A stretch of 64,000 bases of DNA, taken from NCBI GenBank assembly GCA_902590345.1, contig CACIWK010000002.1, positions 30,625 through 94,624 of the forward strand. Direction: 5' to 3'. The notes beneath the pieces are model-generated. The model saw nothing but the letters and a program-made list of their open reading frames with translations. It made no database searches and was not told where the DNA came from. This document shows, in pieces, positions 21,112-30,231 of the stretch. How positions within the stretch are numbered: the stretch's first letter is position 1; each line of letters opens with the position of its first letter. This stretch comes from an uncultured Pelagibacteraceae bacterium (lineage in GTDB: Bacteria > Pseudomonadota > Alphaproteobacteria > Pelagibacterales > AG-422-B15). The position numbers were made by a program, and so were the translations under genes.

Positions 21112-21666
21112 CTATGATAAGTCGACAGCGGTTTTGAGTGCGCGAGCCTCAGCTAAAATACTTTCTTTAATTTTAGTTGCTTTCTCTTCATCCATACCTT
21201 GATCAATCCACATTGAACCATCAAATTTTTGCGTAAACATTTGAACAGAAATTGAGTCATTAGTTAATTCACCGTCTAACAAACGGACATTAATTTTAAT
21301 TCTTAATTCATTTTCTTCAACTGCATACCAATCTGTAATGACAATACCTGACGCAGAGTCAACTGACGCTAATGGCATAAAACTTAGTTTGTCTAAAATT
21401 ACATTAAAAGTTAAACTATCGACTGCGATAGCTAATGACGCCGCATCATCTCCTAATACCATTTCCCTTAAGGACAAACCTTGGCCTTCCTCAAAAATAT
21501 TAGTATGTCTGGCTTGGCCTGGAGTCATGTTGCCTTTAACATGGTCTTCATGTGTAGTTTCATTACGCTCAATATCCAACTGAGCACAGCTATAAATAAA
21601 GAATAAAGTGAAAAATAGAAAAATATTATTTAAGGTGCCAATCTTCTTTACGAGCTTTGTAATCAT
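21112..21666 (-). CDS. DUF3576 family putative lipoprotein
   Basis: LSFMPLASVDSASGIVITDWY motif; lipobox-like IYSC; upstream of leuS and divergent from the porin. Confidence 0.8.
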   Translation of the reverse strand: MITKLVKKIGTLNNIFLFFTLFFIYSCAQLDIERNETTHEDHVKGNMTPGQARHTNIFEEGQGLSLREMVLGDDAASLAIAVDSLTFNVILDKLSFMPLASVDSASGIVITDWYAVEENELRIKINVRLLDGELTNDSISVQMFTQKFDGSMWIDQGMDEEKATKIKESILAEARALKTAVDLS

Positions 21667-21754
21667 AGGAATTTAAGATATTTCGCCCAATATAACAAAA
21701 AAGAGCATTACATCAAATTTTATAATAAAAACTGCAGTTTTCCAATAAATTTTC

Positions 21755-21795
21755 ATATGTGGTATTATTGCAACATATAAACACAAAAATTGTGT
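21755..21795. promoter_or_regulatory. Inverted repeats in the porin/DUF3576 divergent promoter region
   Basis: ATATGT-N12-ACATAT at 21755-21778 and ACACAA-N3-TTGTGT at 21781-21795. Confidence 0.45.
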
Positions 21796-21892
21796 CATAT
21801 ATACAAATACATTAATTTTTTATGAGTTTTTATATATATTATCGCTCAGTTAAATTTAACTATGATCAACTATCATAATGAAAGGAAAATTT

Positions 21893-22807
21893 ATGAATAG
21901 ATCAAAAATCTTAAGCGCATCTGCGTTGGCATCTTTGATGGCAGCTGGTGCAGCTCAAGCAGAAATGGCAGTAAGTGGTTATCTACTTGGTGCATTTTAC
22001 GATAGTGATGGTGGCGGACTAGCTAATGCTCACACATCAGAAACTGTTACAGTATCATACTCTGACAGTCTAAATAACGGTATGGGTCTTAGCGTTGCTA
22101 TGGACATTACTGATACACTAGCTACAAACGTATCAATCGACACTGGCATGGGAACAATTGGTTTCTCTGCTGATGGTAAACAAGATTCAGCTCTTGATAA
22201 AGTTGATGGATCAACAGCGTGTTTTGGATTGTACTATTGTTCAAATGCTTACAGCACAGTTAGTGGCGGTGGAACATACAATGATGGTGATTCACTATCT
22301 GGTAATTCAATCGGATACATATCTCCTTCAATCAACGGCTTTACAATTAGAGCTACTCATGGTCTAGAGACTTCTGGATCAGTTCTAGGTGTTGATTCAA
22401 TCGGAGTAACTGGATCAATCATGGGTGTTACTGTTAAAGCTGGTATGGCTGACATTAACTATGACCAAGCTGGTGGTAGCACAGGAACTGACAATACGCC
22501 TTCTATGTATGCGCTCGGTTACTCAATTGCTGGCTTAGATCTAGGTTATGCATTCTATGACTCTGATGACACTGCAAGTTCTGAGGAAACTCAGTACGGT
22601 GTAGGTACATCTGTAATGGGAATGTATGTTGGTGCTCAGTTTGGTGCACATGACACAACTGGAAACGACACAGACTACATGACTTTATCTGCGATCAAAG
22701 ACATGGGTGCTGCATCGTTCTCATACGAGTACATTGAGACAGATCAAGCTGGTGGCACTACAAACGATAGTGATGCACACTACTTTGCTTACTCAATTGG
22801 TTTCTAA
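21893..22807 (+). CDS. Major outer-membrane porin (alphaproteobacterial Porin_4-like)
   Basis: Signal peptide ending AAQA; G/D/S/T-rich beta-strands; IGYISPSINGFTI; C-terminal AYSIGF. High-expression codon choice, AAGGA SD before 21893 and a strong terminator. Confidence 0.88.
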   Translation: MNRSKILSASALASLMAAGAAQAEMAVSGYLLGAFYDSDGGGLANAHTSETVTVSYSDSLNNGMGLSVAMDITDTLATNVSIDTGMGTIGFSADGKQDSALDKVDGSTACFGLYYCSNAYSTVSGGGTYNDGDSLSGNSIGYISPSINGFTIRATHGLETSGSVLGVDSIGVTGSIMGVTVKAGMADINYDQAGGSTGTDNTPSMYALGYSIAGLDLGYAFYDSDDTASSEETQYGVGTSVMGMYVGAQFGAHDTTGNDTDYMTLSAIKDMGAASFSYEYIETDQAGGTTNDSDAHYFAYSIGF

Positions 22808-22826
22808 GTTAATTTAATTTAACTTA
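22803..22826. repeat. AT-rich palindrome TAAGTTAA-N6-TTAACTTA, copy 2
   Basis: Near-identical to 11116-11138 (one extra T); overlaps the porin stop codon. Confidence 0.55.
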
Positions 22827-22835
22827 AAAATTATT

Positions 22836-22873
22836 AAAACACCCTGCGCAGTTATTGCGTAGGGTGTTTTTTT
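22836..22873 (+). terminator. Intrinsic terminator of the porin gene
   Basis: AAAACACCCTGCGCA-GTTAT-TGCGTAGGGTGTTTT hairpin running into a T-tract. Confidence 0.92.
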
Positions 22874-22884
22874 ATGTTTAGACT

Positions 22885-23538
22885 ATGATAATGTACGAAA
22901 ACTTTCTGGCCGAATTTAATAAAGCTGTATTAGAATCTGGGCGTGACATAGAGGAAATAGAACTGATTGCTGTAAGCAAAAAAAAACCACTAGATGCTAT
23001 TCGAAAAGTTTTTGATGCAGGACATCTTTCTTTTGGAGAAAATCAAATTCAAGAAATTGAAAGTAAATGGATTGATTTTAAAAAAGAAAATACGAACCTA
23101 ATTCTACATTACGTAGGCTCAATTCAAAGTCGCAAAACTAGTTCAATACTGGAACATTGCGATGTGATTCATTCTGTTGATAGATTGAAAGTTATAAAGT
23201 TAATAAAAGAGTTTGAAAATAGTACAGGTATTCAAAGAAAATATTTTCTTCAAATCAATACTGGAAATGAACCACAAAAATCTGGAATATTGCTAAATGA
23301 AGCTGAAAGTTTCATTGAAGATTGTAAGAATGTTCATAATTTCGATGTCTTTGGTTTAATGTGTCTACCACCAATTGATGAAGACCCTTCTAGACACTTC
23401 AATATATTGAGAGGACTTGCCAAAAATCATAAATTATCTTCGTTAAGCATGGGAATGTCGCATGATTTTAAAACTGCAATAAAATGCGGAGCAACACACA
23501 TTCGTATTGGCACTTCTATTTTTGGTGAAAGAGTCTAA
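22885..23538 (+). CDS. yggS: Pyridoxal phosphate homeostasis protein YggS/PipY
   Basis: LIAVSK, FGENQIQE, HSVDR, GLMCLPP, LSMGMS.D and RIGTSIFG motifs. Confidence 0.95.
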   Translation: MIMYENFLAEFNKAVLESGRDIEEIELIAVSKKKPLDAIRKVFDAGHLSFGENQIQEIESKWIDFKKENTNLILHYVGSIQSRKTSSILEHCDVIHSVDRLKVIKLIKEFENSTGIQRKYFLQINTGNEPQKSGILLNEAESFIEDCKNVHNFDVFGLMCLPPIDEDPSRHFNILRGLAKNHKLSSLSMGMSHDFKTAIKCGATHIRIGTSIFGERV

Positions 23539-24029
23539 TTTTTAATTTCAATTACTGTATCGTTATTTATTTGATTCACGATTTTCAACAAATCTTCCTT
23601 ACTTAGCGCGACACAACCCAAAGTACCTCGATAGTCTGCATGAGCGATATGCAAAAAAATTGCACTTCCCTTACCGGGCACAGTAGGACTTATATTATAA
23701 TTTATTACACATACAATGTCATACAAATCATCGTCTCGATATAACTTTTCAGCGCTATGAGCAAATGGGAATTTGATAAACTGATTATAAAATTCACTAT
23801 CTGGATCATCACACCAGCCATCATTTTTTGAAATTTTCAATGCATTCTTATTAAAAATAATAGATTCTAACTTGTCGGCTCGATAATAAATTTCATTGAA
23901 TTTGTATACACCAGCCGGTGTACGGCCATCGCCTTCCTTTTTATTTTCGGTTATTCCATTCTTCCCAACTGCACATGGGAATTTAAGATTGTTAAAATAT
24001 AAAAAGTTTTTTTGTAATATAAATTTCAT
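23535..24029 (-). CDS. L,D-transpeptidase (YkuD-like) family protein
   Basis: KKEGDGRTPAG, WCDDP and catalytic GSAIFLH...TLGCVA motifs. Confidence 0.88.
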   Translation of the reverse strand: MKFILQKNFLYFNNLKFPCAVGKNGITENKKEGDGRTPAGVYKFNEIYYRADKLESIIFNKNALKISKNDGWCDDPDSEFYNQFIKFPFAHSAEKLYRDDDLYDIVCVINYNISPTVPGKGSAIFLHIAHADYRGTLGCVALSKEDLLKIVNQINNDTVIEIKN

Positions 24030-24052
24030 CCGATATTATATTATCTAATAAA

Positions 24053-24700
24053 ATGAAAACTATATCTATAATTGTTGCTGAAAAAGTATTAAAAAATATA
24101 TTTATAGAAGTTATTGGTGAGATTAATAAGGATTTTACTTACAATTACGAAATTCATGAGGAATATTCTGAAAACAATCAAAGTTCTGTTGCAATTATAT
24201 TAGATATTGAAAGTTTCAAAAATATATCAAATCCAGAACTTATAAATAATCAATTATTTATAATTAAAGATGGTTACCCAATTTCATTTAATCAAAATAT
24301 CAACCCAGTTTTAATCGATAGGCCATTTAAAATATTTGATCTGTTTTCCACCGTTGAAAGTAATTTAATTCAAACTAATAAACTGGATCAAAAAAAAATA
24401 AAGTTTAAAAGCCATATTTTTGATCCTCAAACAAGAATAATAAAAAAAGATAAAAAATCTGTAAGACTCACTGAGAAAGAAAGTGAAATTTTTATTGCTT
24501 TAGTTAAGAGTAAAAACATGTATTTAAGTAAAAAATTTTTATTACATAAAGTATGGCAATATAGCAATGAGGTAGATACTCACACACTAGAAACACACTT
24601 ATATTCCTTAAGAAAGAAAATTGATAAAAGTCTAGGAACTAAAAATTTAATAATTTATGAAGAAAAAAAAGGGTATTTAATCAATAAAAACTTATTATAG
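24053..24700 (+). CDS. OmpR-family winged-helix regulator, CenR-like, with a degenerate receiver domain
   Basis: LTEKE and VW.Y...VDTHTLETHLYSLRKKI wHTH motifs; N-terminal domain only weakly receiver-like. Confidence 0.8.
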   Translation: MKTISIIVAEKVLKNIFIEVIGEINKDFTYNYEIHEEYSENNQSSVAIILDIESFKNISNPELINNQLFIIKDGYPISFNQNINPVLIDRPFKIFDLFSTVESNLIQTNKLDQKKIKFKSHIFDPQTRIIKKDKKSVRLTEKESEIFIALVKSKNMYLSKKFLLHKVWQYSNEVDTHTLETHLYSLRKKIDKSLGTKNLIIYEEKKGYLINKNLL

Positions 24701-24703
24701 TTT

Positions 24704-26062
24704 TTACACATTTAATAGCAGATGTTCACGCTCCCATGCACTTATAACATTTTGATAAGCATCGTGCTCTGTTTGTTTTATTTCAGTGAACAGAGTGACA
24801 AATTCCTTCCCCAGTGTTTCAGATAATTCATTGCTTACTTTTAATCTCTTTAAAGCATCAGGCAAGTATTTCGGTATGTTATGTCTTCTCTCAAAAGCAT
24901 CACCCGCTATAGGTTTCTCAGGCTCAAGTTTTTCTCTGATACCTAGTAGTCCACACGCCAACGAAGCAGCAATAGCGAGATAAGGATTTGTATCAGCACC
25001 AGGTATTCTATTTTCAATTCTCCTTGAGTTGCTTTGAGAAGTAGGAACTCGAAATGCAACTGTTCTATTTTCAATACCCCAGTGGGTATTAATAGGTGCT
25101 GAAGCATCGATAACAAATCTTCGATAAGAATTTACATAAGGCGCAAATACAAGCATTGCGTCTGGGAGGTAAGTCTGAAGTCCCCCAATGTAATGTAAAA
25201 ATTCTTTAGAATTATTTCCATCTTTATCACAAAAAAGATTTTTATTTTCTTTTATAGAAACAAGGTTCTGATGAATGTGCATAGAGCTTCCGGGTTGACC
25301 TTGATACGGCTTTGCCATGAAAGTTGCATGAATGCCATGCTTTAAAGCCACTTGTCTCACTGCACGTTTAAACATAAATGCTTGGTCAGCTAAAGCAAGT
25401 GGATCACCGTGATTCAAATTTATTTCTATTTGAGACGGGCCAGACTCATGAACTAAAGTATCAACTCCAATTTCCATTAACTCACAGTAATCATAAATAT
25501 CATCTGTAAGCGTATCAAATTCATTTACGGCATCAATACCAAAGACTCTACTTCCAGTTTCTCGTCTTCCTGATTTACCAATTGGTGTTTTTAGCGGTAG
25601 ATCAGGGTCTAAACTTTGTTCACATAAATAAAACTCTAATTCAGGCGCAACCACTGCACGCAAATTTTCTTTTTTTAATTGATTTATAATGTTGACCAAT
25701 ACTTGTCGTGGAGCAATTTCAGACGGTTCTCCTGAACCATAATTTAAATCACAAATAATTTGTGCAGTCGGCTCTTTATTCCAAGGAATCTTTCTGATTG
25801 TAGATAAGTCAGGTGTCATGAAAAGATCTTCTTCGACGTAGTCAATGACTTCACTTTCATAAACCCATTTACCTGAGACAGTCTGGCCGAACACTGAGTC
25901 AGCAAGTTTTAAGCTTTGATCCTCTATTGATTTTACAAAACGTTGTACAGGCAATATTTTTCCTTTGGAAGACCCTGCCATGTCTGGAAAGATGCACTCT
26001 ACTTCTGATATTTTATTTGACTCAAGCCATTGCTTAAGCTCATTAATTGAACTAACAGTCAT
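24704..26062 (-). CDS. Glutamine synthetase family protein (gamma-glutamylamine ligase, PuuA-like)
   Basis: PELEFYL, HESGPSQIEIN, ATFMAKPY..QPGSSMHIH, RIENRIPGADTNPYL and C-terminal WEREHLLLNV. Confidence 0.88.
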   Translation of the reverse strand: MTVSSINELKQWLESNKISEVECIFPDMAGSSKGKILPVQRFVKSIEDQSLKLADSVFGQTVSGKWVYESEVIDYVEEDLFMTPDLSTIRKIPWNKEPTAQIICDLNYGSGEPSEIAPRQVLVNIINQLKKENLRAVVAPELEFYLCEQSLDPDLPLKTPIGKSGRRETGSRVFGIDAVNEFDTLTDDIYDYCELMEIGVDTLVHESGPSQIEINLNHGDPLALADQAFMFKRAVRQVALKHGIHATFMAKPYQGQPGSSMHIHQNLVSIKENKNLFCDKDGNNSKEFLHYIGGLQTYLPDAMLVFAPYVNSYRRFVIDASAPINTHWGIENRTVAFRVPTSQSNSRRIENRIPGADTNPYLAIAASLACGLLGIREKLEPEKPIAGDAFERRHNIPKYLPDALKRLKVSNELSETLGKEFVTLFTEIKQTEHDAYQNVISAWEREHLLLNV

Positions 26063-26106
26063 ATTATGTAAGAAATTTTTTTTATTTACCTGCCTGTGGC
26101 TTAATA

Positions 26107-26676
26107 TTATTTATATTTAACCACGAATAAATTCTCGCTAATAAATATATTTTTTTTAATCTTTGTAAACTCTAAAACTGTTTTATCACCGAATTCGTCG
26201 AAAATATGCCATTTTTTTAAATCCAATGAATCTAAATCAAAGAAGACATTCACCCTATTATCAGAGCTGTCATTTCTAATTTTTAATTGAAGCTGATGAT
26301 GTTTCTCATCAGTTTCAAGTTTGATTAAATCAAATTCCTCACTAATTATGACTTCGTTTGATAAAAGCTTTTTTAAGATATTATCTCTTATAGCATAACT
26401 CTCAATCTTGTAGCCTTCTTGATCCACGATGATTAATAAACTTTCGTTTGTTACAATGTTTTCTTTTTTGTCAGTATAAACAAATTTTGATTTATAAGGC
26501 TTTAAAAAATAAAATTTTCCATACAGTATACTTCCATCTCTATCTGTCTGTTGAAATTGACCAGACATCGTTGTAATTTGATTCCAACTTTCTTCAATTT
26601 TAGGAATTATTTCACTTGAAAGCCCTTGAATACTGAAGCACAGATATAGGACAATGCCTAAGGCAATTCTTTTCAT
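26107..26676 (-). CDS. lolA: Outer-membrane lipoprotein carrier LolA
   Basis: Signal peptide; MSGQFQQ..G.FY..KP and W...D..G..T motifs; directly downstream of ftsK. Confidence 0.82.
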   Translation of the reverse strand: MKRIALGIVLYLCFSIQGLSSEIIPKIEESWNQITTMSGQFQQTDRDGSILYGKFYFLKPYKSKFVYTDKKENIVTNESLLIIVDQEGYKIESYAIRDNILKKLLSNEVIISEEFDLIKLETDEKHHQLQLKIRNDSSDNRVNVFFDLDSLDLKKWHIFDEFGDKTVLEFTKIKKNIFISENLFVVKYK

Positions 26677-28952
26677 TAGCTATTAAACTTTTCAAAATTA
26701 ATTTCTCTTTTGCCAACATGGTTTGCTGCGCTGATAAATCCTTGTTCTTCAAGTTGATCAATAATTCTTGCAGCTCGATTATAGCCAATTTGAAGTTTTC
26801 TTTGCAGAAGGCTTGTAGATGCCTTACCTTCCTTTTTAATAATTTCTAAGCTGTCTCTAAACAAGCTATCTTGTTCACCATCTGATATAATGCCAAATTC
26901 GTTGTCCTCTATTTCCTCTTTTAATATTTCATCGTCATATTCAGGATGACCTTGCTTTTGTAAGGATTTGACAATATTTTCTATTTCCTGATCTGATATG
27001 AAAGGCCCATGTATCCTTGTGGTCATTCCTCCAGCAGTCATCATCAACATATCTCCCTTACCCAAAAGTCTTTCGGCACCTTCGTCGCCTAAAATTGTTC
27101 TACTGTCAAATTTAGAGCTAACTTGAAAACTAATTCTACTTGGAAAGTTAGCTTTAATTGTTCCTGTGATGACGTCGACACTTGGTCTTTGTGTAGCCAT
27201 GATTAAGTGAATTCCGGCCGCTCGTGCCATTTGTGATAACCTTTGGATCGCGTGTTCAATTTCTTTTCCCGCAACCATCATTAGGTCAGCCATTTCATCA
27301 ACAACAACTACTATGAAAGGCATTTTTTTATTTTCAATTTCAATTTGTTTTGTTGTTGGCTGGCCTGTTTCTGGGTTAATTCCAGATGGTACTGACCTTA
27401 CTATTCTTTCAGACTTATTAATTGCCTCAATTATTCTTTGATTATAGTTTTCAATATTTCTAACTCCCAGCAAAGACATTTTCTTGTATCTAGATTCCAT
27501 TTCTCTGACTACCCATTTAAGCGCGACTATTGCTTTTTTTGGATCAGTTACCACTGGAGTGATTAGGTGAGGAACTCCTTCATAAACTGATAGTTCAAGC
27601 ATTTTTGGGTCAATCAATATGAATTTGCAATCTTCAGGGGAATGTTTGTAAAGGATCGATGTTATCATTACATTTATTCCAACTGACTTTCCAGAACCAG
27701 TAGTTCCAGCAATGAGGAGATGAGGCATATTTTCTAGATTTGCAAATTTAGCGTTACCACTAATATCTTTACCAAGAGCTAAAATTAAATTTTTTTCATT
27801 GTTTACAAACTGTTCATTTTTAAATAATTCGCTCAAATAAACCGGATTCTTAATTGAATTAGGTATTTCAATTCCAATAACATTTTTACCTGGAATTATT
27901 GCAACACGAGCGGACATTGCACTCATATTCCTCGCGATATCATCTGATAATGAGATGATTTTTGAAGCTTTAATTCCAGGCGCAGGTTGTAATTCATACA
28001 TAGTAACGATAGGACCGGGAGATACTTTGATAATTTCACCCTCAATTTTAAAATCAATTAAAACATTCTTTAGTTTTTCTGCATTTAAGTTTAATTCGTC
28101 CTGATTAATAGTATTTCCTTTATTAAGTTCAGGCCTTGATAAATAATTTATATCTGGAGCTTTGTATGAGCTTTCCTCAAAGATAATCTCGTCTTGTTGA
28201 TTTATTAATTCTTGCTTTTCTTTACTGTGACCATAAGTGGAAACTGGCTCATTTTTTAACGAGTCGAAATCAAATTTGGGCTCTAGATTTTTATTTTCTA
28301 CAGTTCTTTCATAAGCCACTCTATGTGTTGGATCTCTTACAAAATAGGATTTTAATAGTTGAACTAATTTTTTGATAAATAAGAAACTGACTTTTCTGAA
28401 TCGCCATACAATTTTAAATAAACTATTCCATTCATTTAACTTTAGTCCCATCGTAAAATAAAATGAAACTAGAAAAAAAATAAGTACTAAAGTTATGAAT
28501 GAGTAATTGAAGTAATTATTTGATATTATATTTGTTTCATTTATAAAAATTAATGTCTCCATTGCTATGAAGCCATTCGAAATTGGTAAATTTATCGCCT
28601 CAAAAAATAAAGCAAGTAAATAAACTGTTATAGGTAATAAAAAAAAGTTAAGTGCAAAAAATTCTAAATTTTTTGCAAAAAAAAGTTTGTATCCCCAGCT
28701 TGTTAGAATAATACAAATAAGAACACTACTATAACCAAAAAATTGTAACAATATTTCAGATGTACTTGCTCCAAGATAACCCCCTATATTTTTTACTTCA
28801 TAACTATTTATATTTAAGATGCTGGGATCAAAATTTGAATAGCTGACAACAGATATCAATATAAATAAGCCCAATATAATTGAGGTAATGCCGCTTATTT
28901 CAAGCAATCGGTTGACTATAAAAAGTTTAATGGAGTCAGGTAAAAGCTTCAT
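26676..28952 (-). CDS. ftsK: DNA translocase FtsK
   Basis: N-terminal TM region; MPHLLIAGTTGSGKS, VVDEMADLM, ATQRPSVDV and the gamma domain STSLLQRKLQIGYNRAAR. Confidence 0.98.
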   Translation of the reverse strand: MKLLPDSIKLFIVNRLLEISGITSIILGLFILISVVSYSNFDPSILNINSYEVKNIGGYLGASTSEILLQFFGYSSVLICIILTSWGYKLFFAKNLEFFALNFFLLPITVYLLALFFEAINLPISNGFIAMETLIFINETNIISNNYFNYSFITLVLIFFLVSFYFTMGLKLNEWNSLFKIVWRFRKVSFLFIKKLVQLLKSYFVRDPTHRVAYERTVENKNLEPKFDFDSLKNEPVSTYGHSKEKQELINQQDEIIFEESSYKAPDINYLSRPELNKGNTINQDELNLNAEKLKNVLIDFKIEGEIIKVSPGPIVTMYELQPAPGIKASKIISLSDDIARNMSAMSARVAIIPGKNVIGIEIPNSIKNPVYLSELFKNEQFVNNEKNLILALGKDISGNAKFANLENMPHLLIAGTTGSGKSVGINVMITSILYKHSPEDCKFILIDPKMLELSVYEGVPHLITPVVTDPKKAIVALKWVVREMESRYKKMSLLGVRNIENYNQRIIEAINKSERIVRSVPSGINPETGQPTTKQIEIENKKMPFIVVVVDEMADLMMVAGKEIEHAIQRLSQMARAAGIHLIMATQRPSVDVITGTIKANFPSRISFQVSSKFDSRTILGDEGAERLLGKGDMLMMTAGGMTTRIHGPFISDQEIENIVKSLQKQGHPEYDDEILKEEIEDNEFGIISDGEQDSLFRDSLEIIKKEGKASTSLLQRKLQIGYNRAARIIDQLEEQGFISAANHVGKREINFEKFNS

Positions 28953-29058
28953 TATTTAACCAATACAATAAAAATATTCAGATTCTATTAGTATTTGATT
29001 CATCTTGTCATTATATAGCCACTTATAGAATTAACTGACTAAATTATTCAGATTATAA

Positions 29059-30231
29059 ATGAAAAATGAATTTACAGTATTTGGATCAGGCATTTCAGCC
29101 AAAATAACATCCTATCTGCTAGCAAAAAATGGTTTTAACTTATGTTTAATTTCGGACAAAGATAAAAATCAAGAACCATCTGATACGAACCTTGTTACCT
29201 TTTTATCATCAGGTTCACTAAATTATCTTTCATTGATGTTTCCAAATCTGCAACTTTTGATGGAACATCCTCCTATTGAAACAGTTCAATGTCAATTGAA
29301 TAGTCTAAGTAAAAGAAAATCCCAAACTATTGAATTTAACGATGAAGAAAAAGGCACTTTAGGAAAAATTGTAAACAACTCAGATTTAGAAAAATATTTA
29401 GATGAAGAGATAAATAAATTAGGAAATATAAATCGTATTGGCTTCGATCAGCTTAAAAAAGTTGAAAATACTTCAGAAGGAGTTGATCTAAAACTTAGAA
29501 ATGGTGAAAACATAATGTCTGAATTATTTATTTTGTCATCAACAAAAAAGAATATTGCTGAACAAATTAAGATCAAATTAATAGAAAAAGACTTAAAGCA
29601 AGAGGCTTTATCAATAAGTATAAAGGGTGAAATTAAAAACGAAAATTGTGCATTTCAAAAATTTACACCAGATGGACCAATTGCGCTTCTGCCTTATGCT
29701 AAAGATAAGGCCTCTGTTGTGTGGTCGCTGAAAACTAATTCAAAAATATTATTGAAACAAAAAGAAGAGCTTACTGAAATAGTCCAAAAACATTTAAAAG
29801 AATATATCACTGAAGTAAAAATAGTAAGCATTGAAAAACATAAACTTAAATTTGTTTACTCTAAAAACCTTTTTTATAAAAATACAGTATTGATTGGCAA
29901 TGTAGCTCATAATATACACCCTATTGCAGGACAAGGACTAAATTTAAGTATTAAAGATATAGCCTTGTTTGTAAAACAGGTAACTAAATACAAGTCTTTG
30001 GGATATAAACTGAACGATCCAATGATATTGGAAGAATTTGAAACAAACAGAAAAGTAGATAACGCTATTTATTCTTTCGGTACATTTGCATTAAATGGCA
30101 TCCTGTCTAGTGATAACAAGTTTGTCAACCTTACAACTCGTAAAGGTTTAGGTTTAATTGAAAAGAGCAAGCATCTTAAACAATTTTTTGTAAGAAGTGC
30201 TACAGGAAGGGAATTTTTTAGATTATTTTAA
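29059..30231 (+). CDS. UbiH/UbiF/UbiL/COQ6-family FAD-dependent hydroxylase
   Basis: AFQKFTPDGPIALLP and AH.IHPIAGQGLNL motifs; divergent from ftsK as in alphaproteobacteria; FAD motifs diverged. Confidence 0.82.
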   Translation: MKNEFTVFGSGISAKITSYLLAKNGFNLCLISDKDKNQEPSDTNLVTFLSSGSLNYLSLMFPNLQLLMEHPPIETVQCQLNSLSKRKSQTIEFNDEEKGTLGKIVNNSDLEKYLDEEINKLGNINRIGFDQLKKVENTSEGVDLKLRNGENIMSELFILSSTKKNIAEQIKIKLIEKDLKQEALSISIKGEIKNENCAFQKFTPDGPIALLPYAKDKASVVWSLKTNSKILLKQKEELTEIVQKHLKEYITEVKIVSIEKHKLKFVYSKNLFYKNTVLIGNVAHNIHPIAGQGLNLSIKDIALFVKQVTKYKSLGYKLNDPMILEEFETNRKVDNAIYSFGTFALNGILSSDNKFVNLTTRKGLGLIEKSKHLKQFFVRSATGREFFRLF

